Shown piece after piece: positions 51,619-64,000 of a DNA stretch of 64,000 bases. Every line of letters starts with the position of its first letter. Within the stretch, counting starts at the first letter, position 1. A model generated the notes under the pieces. It was not told the origin of the DNA. It saw only the letters and a list, made by a program, of their open reading frames with translations, and ran no database searches. Made by a program: the position numbers and the translations under genes. The stretch is from Octopus sinensis (taxonomy: Eukaryota), in the NCBI RefSeq assembly GCF_006345805.1, contig NW_021833026.1, positions 186,001 through 250,000 of the forward strand. The letters run 5' to 3'.

Positions 51619-54600
51619 CGCGCGTTGTTGTTGTTGTGGTGCACTTTTTATATTCATTTGTTCATTTGCTATTTGTTATTCAATTCAATAATTCTCTTTC
51701 CATTTCTCTTTATTCTCTCTCTTTTTACATTTCTTTTTGTCATCCATTTGTTCATTGTTTTTATCTTGCTCTCTTTTTATGTCTTTCTGTTTCCAACCCA
51801 CTTCTATTCTATGCTCTACTTGCGAAGTTAGTAACAACCGCAAGAAAGGGAGAGTCTGTTCTAGTTGCGACAGATTCTTCCACCTTTCTTGCGTGCGTCT
51901 TTCCAGGCGCGTTTCTGCCTCTCTCTTAATTTGGGACTGTCCTTCCTGCCGCACTTGCCAGCCGGTTCAGTGTTCCAGCCCGCAAGAACTCCCCGAAAAA
52001 CCGCCATTCGCAACATCCCCGTCTGCCGAGGAAGTTCTCAAATCTATCAAGCTCTTCCGTCGTCTCCGGAAAATCCCATCCAGAATCCCAAAAGCTGCGC
52101 GTATCTTTGCAGCCTCCTCCTGTCCGCCGCAATCGATAATGCTTTGGCATCTGATGGCCATTCCGATTGGCTTAAGCTGTTTTGCTTCGCCCCTTTCGGT
52201 CTCGGTTTTGCCCCATTAAGAGCCTGTGTGAAAACCTCCTCCATCTCGCTGGCTACAACCGTCAAACAAGAATTGGCCTTGTACGATAAGAACTTTTTTT
52301 CCATCCGCTGGCTGCGGGACCACCTCGCTAGCTCCGAATTTTCCTCTGGTTCACCATCCCATAATGTGCCCTCTCACGCGAATGACGTCGTTTACCTCAA
52401 CAGAAAGATTAATAGTAAACTCTTGGACGGCGACGTTCGTGGTGCAGTTAGGCTGGTTGCCTCGACAAGTTCCCTTTTGCCCACGACCCCTGCTGTTTTG
52501 AATTCCCTCAGGGAAAAACATCCCCCTCAGCCAAACGACTTCAGGCCTCAGCCATCCCCTGACACCCTCGCTCTCAATCCTTTTGCTGTCTCGGAAACTC
52601 TTGTACTGAATGCCCTGAGGGACTTTTCACCTGGAAGCAGTGGTGGTGTAGATGGGCTGAGACCAGGTCATCTGAAAGACCTGACGTCTCCCACTACCGC
52701 CGAAGCTGGTCGAAAACTCCTACGCTCAATCACCAACCTGTGCAACCGCTTCATCTCCGGTTCCCTCCCCGATTTTGCTCGTGATATTTTCTTTTCCGCC
52801 AACCTTACTGCCCTTGGGAAAAAGGACAACGGCGTGAGGCCCATCGCCGTGGGCAATATTTTCCGGAGGCTCTCCGCTAAACTTCTGTGTCGAGCCATTG
52901 TTCCCTGCTTGTCCTCGAAGTTTCTGCCTGTCCAACTCGGGGTCGGCGTTTCTAACGGCTGCGAAGCTGCTGTTCACTCAATTCGTGATTTAACTGAATC
53001 ATTTGAGGAGTTTATTATGGTCAAATTGGACGTTTCCAACGCATTCAATTCCATCAGACGGGACCACCTTCTGGAGTGCTGTCGTGAATTAGTCCCTTTC
53101 GCCTATCCCCTTGTGCATCTCTCTTATGCTTGCTCAAGTATCCTTATGTTCGACGATGTTCCCATCTCTTCGGCCACCGGGGTCCAACAAGGAGATCCCC
53201 TGGGTCCTGTCCTTTTTGCCTTGGGCGTTAACAGTATCGCTCACTCTGTTCGATCCCCAGTTAACATATGGTATCTGGATGACGCAACCATTTGTGGTCC
53301 CCCCGATGCTGTTTTTGACGACCTTCGCTCTATCCTCCCTTCCCTCTCGGACATCGGCCTATCTATAAACGCCGATAAATCCGAAATCGTGAACATTGCC
53401 TTAAATCCGAGTGACTTCACTGCTTCAATTTCAACGTGCCGAGGCATTCTCTCAGACGTCCGGATTACGGACAAATCAAATCTTACGATCCTCGGTGCCC
53501 CCATGGGGCCTTCTGCCCTCGAATGCTCACTCGCTGGAAAAATTTCCCACTTATCCAAAATGATCGACAAGCTTAAAGTCATCGAGCCTCATGTGGCTCT
53601 TTTCCTCCTCCGAAACCACTTTTCCGTCCCTAAGATCCTTTACACCCTAAGATGTGCACCCTGCTTTCAAAGAGGCGACCTTCTTTCCGACCTTGACAAT
53701 ATCCTCAGGCTCGGTACGAGCTCTCTTTGCAATTTGGCTTTCGACGATCCAGGCTGGACTCAGGCATCCCTGCCTGTGCGCTGGGGTGGCCTTGGCTTGA
53801 GATCCTATTCCGATCTTGCCCTCCCGGCATTCCTATCCGCTCATCACGCTTCTCGTACTCTCTCAGGCATCGTTCTTAGAAACCTCCCCGAACGGAAATT
53901 GTCTGAAGTTTACTTCGCAGCCCGTGGTCGGTGGGAGGCTCGGTTTGGTTCGAAGCTGCCCAACTCTCAATCTGTACAGCGCCAATGGGACGAAATCTCT
54001 TGTCAGGCAATCTTCGAAGGCCTGCTTCCTGTCTCCAATCAACACCGTGTCGCTTGCCTCCGTGCAGGTCGCTGTGAAGGCAGCGGTGTCTGGTTAAAGG
54101 CTCTCCCTCTCCCTTCCATCGGGAACCTGTTGGACAAGGAATGCCTAAGAATTGCAATCTCCCTCCGTGTCGGGCTGAAAATCTGCCAGACGCACAAATG
54201 CCGTTGTGGGGGAACTGTTGACGAGTACGGTTTGCATCCCCTCGCTTGCCGGCGGAGTGCCGGTCGTGCCCCCCGTCACAGTGAACTCAACTCAGTCATA
54301 CAGAGAGCCCTCGCCTCAGCAGGCATCCCGTCAATCCTTGAACCTGTTGGATTGGATAGAGGGGATGGCAAACGCCCTGACGGCATGTCCACCTTCCCCT
54401 ACGAGCAGGGGAAATCCCTTATTTGGGATTCTACCTGCTCGGACACGTTCTCGCTGGGAAATCTCGATCTGTCCGCCGCCAATCCTGGGCACGCTTCCAG
54501 GCAGGCCGAGGAGCGAAAGATTCTCAAGTACGGCCACCTCTCCAACTCGCTGCTCTTTACTCCAATTGCCGTAGAGTCCTCCGGGATCTTCGGTCCCAAG

Positions 54601-54770
54601 ACACTCCGCTTCCTTCGCTCGCTCGACGGATTTCAAGGACTAGTCACGATCCAAGAGAGTTTTCTTGGCTCCTGGAACGTCTGTCGATTGCTGTGATCCG
54701 AGGGAACGGCTTCGCCATTCGCGAGGCCTTTAACTAACTTAGCAATCTTTAATTTCTTTCTTGCAAATAT
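51619..54770 (+). mobile_element. CRE-like retrotransposon copy 6, full-length, two single-base frameshifts (~52115, ~54620)
   Basis: PHD CSTC..CSSC..FHLSC..WDCPSC; full RT and RLE motifs; ends AVIRGNGFAIREAFN* at 54737; no poly(A) seen. Confidence 0.95.
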
Positions 54771-54785
54771 TTATGTTTCCAGAAA

Positions 54786-54931
54786 AATGTGCAAAAGCAC
54801 ACGAAAAAAATACGCCGTAGGACAGCCCGTATGGAACCGACCACACCCAAGAGCGATCCAAAGTGCAATGAATGACTAAAGGATGGGACATTTGCCTAAG
54901 TGATAACAAATATCCACGACCAGGTAAGTGA
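54786..54931 (-). ncRNA. U1: U1 spliceosomal snRNA
   Basis: Minus strand: ACUUACCUG 5' splice-site arm (54929-54921); SL1 AUAUUUG/CAAAUGU with AUCAC loop; SL2 loop AUUGCAC; closing helix GUCG/CGGC; Sm-like AUUUUUUUCG; terminal hairpin UGUGC-UUUU-GCACA. Confidence 0.92.
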
Positions 54932-55439
54932 ATTGCAGAAAATGTCTTTTTCTAAATTTATTATATGAGACAGATAAATAATATTAAATGTAGTCGAAGG
55001 ATAAATTCTGTTTTCTCAAATAAATATCTAAATTAAAAAAAACAATTTTGTTTATTTTTAAATGAAACTCTTTACAAATCATTTTAATCAATTATTATAT
55101 GAAGTCATAAAAATATTAGTAATATGGACTTTTATATTTTTATACGTTCAACATCTCAGTAAAAATATCACAAATAAATGGAATAAATTTAGTAAAAGAT
55201 AAATAATTGAGTTTTTACAAAAAGTAACTACCAAACACCCTTAGTCAAATAAGGAACTTCAATTAGTGTATGTTTTTGTCACATTTCTCAGAAAATTGGT
55301 TCTCACACCATGCAGAACTTGAGCCGAAAAATTCGATTTAGTTTTTAGAGAACTGAATATAAAATTTAATTATAATTTAAATTCTAATTGAGTTGTCATA
55401 ATAATACCTATTTTACTAATTTATAGTCGTTAAAATAAT

Positions 55440-57202
<1,763 letters not shown>

Positions 57203-57521
57203 TATGTCTAGTCACTTACTAACTTAATTGTTTGCTTGGTTTCATTTTATTGAACCACGTTTACGACTGATTAAAAAATATGTGAGTTTATCGACACTCT
57301 AGAGTTTGAAAATATATGTTTAATTCAAATTGAAGTCACTTTGGAAAGCATTTCATCAATACTGTTATTTGTCTTAACTGTCCTATATTTGTTTATTATT
57401 TGTTTAATTGATGAAAAATGTTTCATTCGTGTTTGACTACTAAAAGTATTCCAAAAGAAGTACTTTATTTTTCAAGTTAGCGATTTAGTTCCTAATAAAA
57501 TTTTAATTTTTTCGAATAATA

Positions 57522-58752
57522 TGTGACATGGGCGGCTGGATACGTATGGGCAACCGGTTACATTTTTGACCTTTTAGGTGTCAATTATTGTCACAGGCTT
57601 GAAAGGACCCCCAGGCTTGAAAGGACCTAGGACCTACCCTAATTAGATATTTCATACACTTAATAATAAAAATATCCAAATGGGGGAACAACGAACGAAA
57701 CGAAATTTAATATTTTCTAAAACATAATTTGATAATTATAACCTGCATCAACAGTGTTTATTCCGCTTATCCCTCGTTATCTTTTGAATGGACTCTGATT
57801 TGAAAATGATTGTACAACCTTGTTATAACAGTACACTGCTTTATAAGAATTTCCAGCCACTTTTTTTCATCTGTGTCTATCATTTTGGACAGTTTTCGGG
57901 TGATGGTTTGATCAAAACGTTATACATAAATTGTTGAGAGACGTACTACCAACCTACTATAAACATCGATGACTGTTAAAATCCATTTGTAATTATTATT
58001 TACGACTGAAAACTTTTTTAGATCTACAAGATCTAGCTGAAACCTTTCATTCGGAGAAGAAGCAAAAATATGATGATTCATATCACCAACCTACATTAAA
58101 AATTAAAAAGAATTAAAACTTTCAATGGACAGGCAAATTTACATACTTCACAATTTCGAATGACTTTTCTGATTATGTCATTTTTAACTATCTTTGTCGA
58201 CACTCATATTCAATCTTGTTTATTCCTCCGTGTGAATATTCGATTAGAGATTTAGCTACATGCTCCATTTCAGTTTCATTGTCCAAAGTAATGACGAGCT
58301 GTGGATCGTCAGATTTGAGATACAATCTGATCATTAATCGTAAATCTAGAGTAGCTTTCATTGATTATTGTAAAATTCTCAATCTTTTTTATAAGTCTAT
58401 ATTTTGCTTGCCTATAAAAATCTTCCGGGAATTTATTTTCCAAAGCACCTTTTAAAATTCGATACTCTGAAGAATCTTTGACATAACCTCTATAAGAAGC
58501 CATTACAAGAAACAAATCTAGCACGCTAAAAATTTTCCAATAAGTTTAGGTTTACCAACATTAGAAAAATAACTTTTTTAAATTATTTAGGTACATGAAC
58601 AAAAACTAATTTAAATCAATACAAGGCATAGTTAAACTTTATAATTGCCCCATAAAAATAATATTTGTGATAATCAAAGGATTTAATTTTGACATCTACA
58701 AGGTCAAAAAATGCAACCGGTTGCCCGTGCATAACGCGTTGCCCATGTCACA
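57522..58752 (-). mobile_element. Ginger2/TDD-like integrase DNA transposon, deleted and degenerate
   Basis: TGT...ACA termini with TIRs (TGTGACATGGGC..GGGCAACCGGTT..TTTTTGACCTT); 5-bp TSD TAATA; H2C2 HGGINK..CEVC and rve core ERFQLDLVD..WILTVIDVYS, AVYCYN..SPF. No LTR, RT or gag. Confidence 0.8.
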
Positions 58753-58880
58753 TAATAATCAAATATCGTCGAAATGAGTGATAAAATAAACCATTTGATA
58801 ATTAAAAAATTATAATTAAGAAATCATATATATAAGATATCTAATTGATTACGGACAATAACAATCTACACTTATAAAAA

Positions 58881-60138
<1,258 letters not shown>

Positions 60139-60232
60139 TTTAGTAATTTTACTGTCCGGTTTCTTATGTATTCTTGCATTTAAAATTCTGGTTTCTATTT
60201 TTATATTAGTCTATATATAAAACACTAAGGTG

Positions 60233-60253
60233 TGTCTGTCTGTCTGTCTGTCC
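60233..60253 (+). repeat. (TGTC)n microsatellite
   Basis: TGTCTGTCTGTCTGTCTGTCC. Confidence 0.9.
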
Positions 60254-60302
60254 GTGTACACTTATATATCTAAAAAAGGAAATGTGTAAGATAAAGAAGA
60301 TG

Positions 60303-62340
60303 AATTCAAACTCTTCAAAGAGATCGGTCCCTTAGGAACATGAAATCAATAAAGAGGTTAAATATGATGAGATAATGAAGGTGATTCGACCTCTTCACGA
60401 GATCGGTCCCTTAGGAACATGAAATCAATAAAGAGCTTAAAAAAGATATTCATGAGATAATGAAGGTGATTTGACCTCATGATGAGGTCCCCCAAAACCT
60501 TCAAGCCAAAAAATTAAAAAAAAATTATTTTCTGCGTTTTTGTTAAAATGAACAACAAGAAAGTCCTCGACTCACATGATGAGGTCCCCCAAAACCTTCA
60601 AGCCAAAAAATTAAAAAAAATTATTTTCAGGTGATTCGACCTCTTCACGAGATCGGTCCCTTAGGAACATTAAATCAATAAAGAGCTTAAATAGGATATT
60701 CATGAGATAATGAAGGTGATTCGACCTCTTCACGAGATCGGTCCCTTAGGAACATTAAATCAATAAAAAGCTTAAATAGGATATTCATGAGATAATGAAG
60801 GTGATTCGACCTCTTCACGAGATCGGTCCCTTAGGAACATTAAATCAATAAAGAGCTTAAATAGGATATTTCATGAGATAATGAAGGTGATTCGACCTCT
60901 TCACGAGATCGGTCCCTTAGGAACATTAAATCAATAAAGAGCTTAAATAGGATATTTCATGAGATAATGAAGGTGATTCGACCTCATGATGAGGTCCCCC
61001 AAAACCTTCAAGTCAAAAAATTAAAAAAAATTATTTTCTGCGTTTTTGTTAAAATGAACAACAAGAAAGTCCTCGACTCACATGATGAGGTCCCCCAAAA
61101 CCTTCAAGCCAAAAAATTAAAAAAATTATTTTCAGGTGATTCGACCTTTCCACGAGATTGGTCCCTTAGGAACATTAAATCAATAAAAGCTTAAATAGGA
61201 TATTCATGAGATAATGAAGGTGATTCGACCTTTCACGAGATCGGTCCCTTAGGAACATTAAATCAATAAAGAGCTTAAATAGGATATTCATGAGATAATG
61301 AAGGTGATTCGACCTCATGATGAGGTCCCCAAAACCTTCAAGCAAAAAATTAAAAAAAATTATTTTCTGCGTTTTTGTTAAAATGAACAACAAGAAAGTC
61401 CTCGACTCACATGATGAGGTCCCCCAAAACCTTCAAGCCAAAAAATTAAAAAAAATTATTTTCAGGTGATTCGACCTTTCACGAGATTGGTCCTTAGGAA
61501 CATTAAATCAATAAAGAGCTTAAATAGGATATTCATGAGATAATGAAGGTGATTCGACCTTCCACGAGATCGGTCCCTTAGGAACATTAAATCAATAAAG
61601 AGCTTAAATAGGATTTCATGAGATAATGAAGGTGTGATTCGACCTCTTCACGAGATCGGTCCCTTAGGAACATTTAATCAATAAAAGCTTAAATAGGATA
61701 TTCATGAGATAATGAAGGTGATTCGACCTCTTCACGAGATCGGTCCCTTAGGAACATTAAATCAATAAAGAGCTTAAATAGGATATTCATGAGATAATGA
61801 AGGTGATTCGACCTCTTCACGAGATCGGTCCCTTAGGAACATTAAATCAATAAAGAGCTTAAATAGGATATTCATGAGATAATGAAGGTGATTCGACCTC
61901 ATGATGAGGTCCCCCAAAACCTTCAAGTCAAAAAATTAAAAAAAATTTATTTTCAGGTTTTTGTTAAAATGAACAACAAGAAAGTCCTCGAGGAACATGA
62001 TGAGGTCCCTAAAACCTTAAAAAAAAATTAAAAAGATAATGAAGGTGATTCGACCTTTCCACGAGATCGGTCCTTAGGAACATTAAATCAATAAAGAGCT
62101 TAAATAGGATATTCATGAGATAATGAAGGTGATTCGACCTCTTCACGAGATCGGTCCCTTAGGAACATTAAATCAATAAAGAGCTTAAATAGGATATTCA
62201 TGAGATAATGAAGGTGATTCGACCTCTTCACGAGATCGGTCCCTTAGAAAATTATAATTTTTAAAAAGTCAAAAAAGATACTCATAATAATAATAATGTA
62301 AATGATTCGACCTTTTCGTTAGATCGGTTCCCTTAAGAAA
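60303..62340. repeat. Composite tandem array of an 85-bp unit (A) and a ~97-bp unit (B)
   Basis: A = GAGATAATGAAGGTGATTCGACCTCTTCACGAGATCGGTCCCTTAGGAAC... (period 85, e.g. 60704 and 60789); B = CATGATGAGGTCCCCCAAAACCTTCAAG... (60478 and 60575). Runs of A are interrupted four times by a B doublet; edge units are degenerate. Confidence 0.95.
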
Positions 62341-63152
62341 TCAAAATTTAAAAAAGGAAATTCGTGATTGATTTTTAATGTTTTAAATTAGGAAGTTATT
62401 CACCGAACCTAATCTTTCCAAAATTAGAAAGTTTCACGTATAAATATCAATCTGAAATAAAATCCTACTTCCAGGCTAACTATTTTCATTGCTATCTGTG
62501 CGCGCATGCAAAATTAAGTAATGGTAATTAGTTAACAATTGTGCAAATTTGAATTTTCAACATTACTCATTATAGATATCCACAAAAATAAATACCTCTC
62601 CCCTTAACAGAACTTCAAACGATCAAAAATTTAACAATAACTAACGTTTTTGTCAATAAATTACTTTTTAACAATATTTCATTATTGAGGATGCTATCAG
62701 AGGATTAACTCTATTTCCCTTGAGATATAGAAGATATTAGTTGTTAATTATAGATTGTTTCATTTGTAAGATGTTTAAATCAAAAGTGTTTGTAGAATCT
62801 GCCAACAACATCGCAAGTCGAAACTACAGTCACCAAATTCACTTTGAAATTGTTAATTAATCTTAATAAATTAAATGGATATACGGTCGTATTTATGTGA
62901 ATTCTCAATCATCTATATAATATATGAAATAAATAGATTATAATTTGAAGTAGATAGTTTCAATTAAGGTTTTTCCAGGTTTAGAATTAAAAACTTCCAA
63001 TTTTAGAAAATTTGATAAATATCTAAATTAAGATGTTTCCATTTTAGGAAATTTTATTTGTATTAATATAAAAAGATCCGTAAAAATAGTATAATATAGT
63101 TTGTTACATAGAAAATAAACATTTCAATAGCAATAGTATAATATAGATAAGA

Positions 63153-64000
63153 ATGTCTGAATTGAGAAAGCACAATAAATTCAGAAATACAAAAACAAAA
63201 GACAAGAAATCGGAAGAAAGAGAGTTTGGGGGGAGAGGAATAATCAAAAAAAAATTGGTATCTAATAGTGAGGATTTGGAAATTATAAATGAGCATAAAA
63301 TAACTAATACTAGCTTACTAAATTTTGCAATATGCGCTAATAGTATGGAATTAGAAAGCTTGCACCAAAGCCATAAAAACAAATATCAAAAAATTTCTGA
63401 GAACAGGAATGAAAATAGTGATTTAACAAAAATTGATAAAGTAAATCACAACTTGACAAAGGTAATAAAAATTTTAATCTATTTTAATAGATATTTGAAC
63501 AAAGAAAAGAAATAAACAAAAGACAAATGCAGAAAAAAAAAAAAAGGAAAAAAACGAATCAACAAAACAAAAAATTATTCGAGAAAGAAAACAACAAACA
63601 AAGGAAGACGATTGCAAGAAGTCAAGAAGGAAACAGAAGAAGAAAGAAAAATTAACAGAAAAGAAAACGACAGACAAAGGAGGACGATTGCAAGAAGTCA
63701 AGAAACAGAAGAAAGAAAAATTAACAGAAAAGAAAACGACAGACAAAGGAGGACGATTGCAAGAAGTCAAGAAACAGAAGAAAGAAAAATTAACAGAAAA
63801 GAAAACGACAGACAAAGGAGGACGATTGCAAGAAGTCAAGAAACAGAAGAAAGAAAAATTAACAGAAAAGAAACAAACAGAATAAGAAACGTTACAATGA
63901 GAAGCCAAAAAATCAAGAAGATCGTTATAAAGAATATCAAGAAATTATATCACGGAGGAATACGAAATTATATAATTCTAAATATTGGGAAATCTAGGAT
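63153..64000 (+). CDS. Charged-repeat protein N-terminus, putative Helitron RepHel (frame uncertain across A-runs)
   Basis: ORF from 63153; candidate 29-nt intron 63462-63490; then about four 69-bp repeats readable as ETEERKINRKENDRQRRTIARSQ. Confidence 0.5.
63590..63890 (+). repeat. 69-bp tandem repeat, about 4 copies
   Basis: AGAAAAGAAAACGACAGACAAAGGAGGACGATTGCAAGAAGTCAAGAAACAGAAGAAAGAAAAATTAAC repeated. Confidence 0.95.

Larger units (their letters stand above)
60210..64000 (+). mobile_element. Probable Helitron (5' end, internal satellite, start of RepHel-like ORF), runs off the window
   Basis: 5' TCTATATATAAAA followed by GTGTGTCTGTCTGTCTGTCTGTCCG; homology between protease copies B and C stops at this junction; downstream ORF has 23-aa STPR-like repeats. 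Rep and helicase motifs are not inside the window. Confidence 0.6.

Noticed and set aside
32094-52219. Programmed frameshift between PHD and RT regions in CRE copies 2 and 6
   Set aside because: The shifts fall at non-homologous positions and copy 5 is a single frame; mutation or sequencing error is more likely.
8658-54636. Numerous antisense and alternate-frame ORFs overlapping the CRE elements and GC-richer genes
   Set aside because: Shadow ORFs expected from GC-richer coding sequence; none has recognisable motifs.
60303-62340. CRISPR-like array or hammerhead ribozyme satellite (ATGATGAG and GAAA motifs in unit B)
   Set aside because: Units are contiguous with no unique spacers and there are no cas genes. 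The core is AUGAUGA rather than CUGAUGA and no stem II-GAAA geometry forms.

Overview
Eukaryotic (metazoan-type) genomic window with AT-rich spacers and ultra-short GT-AG introns (the ones measured are 24-29 nt). This style resembles compact parasite genomes such as dicyemid mesozoans, but the taxon cannot be established from sequence alone. Host genes: RPL13, three pepsin-family aspartic protease copies (one partial), MFSD11/UNC93-like transporter, SRPRA, SF3A3, CECR2-like, an unusually truncated EGFR-like kinase, PGM1, tRNA-Asp(GTC) and a compact U1 snRNA. Roughly half the window is mobile DNA: six substantial copies of CRE-like RLE retrotransposons (the three that retain their 5' ends start with a PHD finger) plus remnants, R4/Dong-like, RTE-like and I/Jockey-like LINE relics, three Buster-type hAT elements, pogo, Merlin and Ginger2-like DNA transposons, and a probable Helitron carrying a two-unit higher-order satellite. 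Highlights: a four-level nested insertion whose three inner elements all retain exact target-site duplications; a CRE tandem lying between U1 and a second Sm-site-like structured segment; AG-free pyrimidine leaders on three CRE copies; an EGFR-like receptor lacking domains III-IV and carrying a non-RD catalytic loop. Many single-base homopolymer indels suggest long-read error, so individual frameshifts may be artefacts. Coordinates of degenerate relics are approximate. All family calls come from motif recognition by eye, not database searches.
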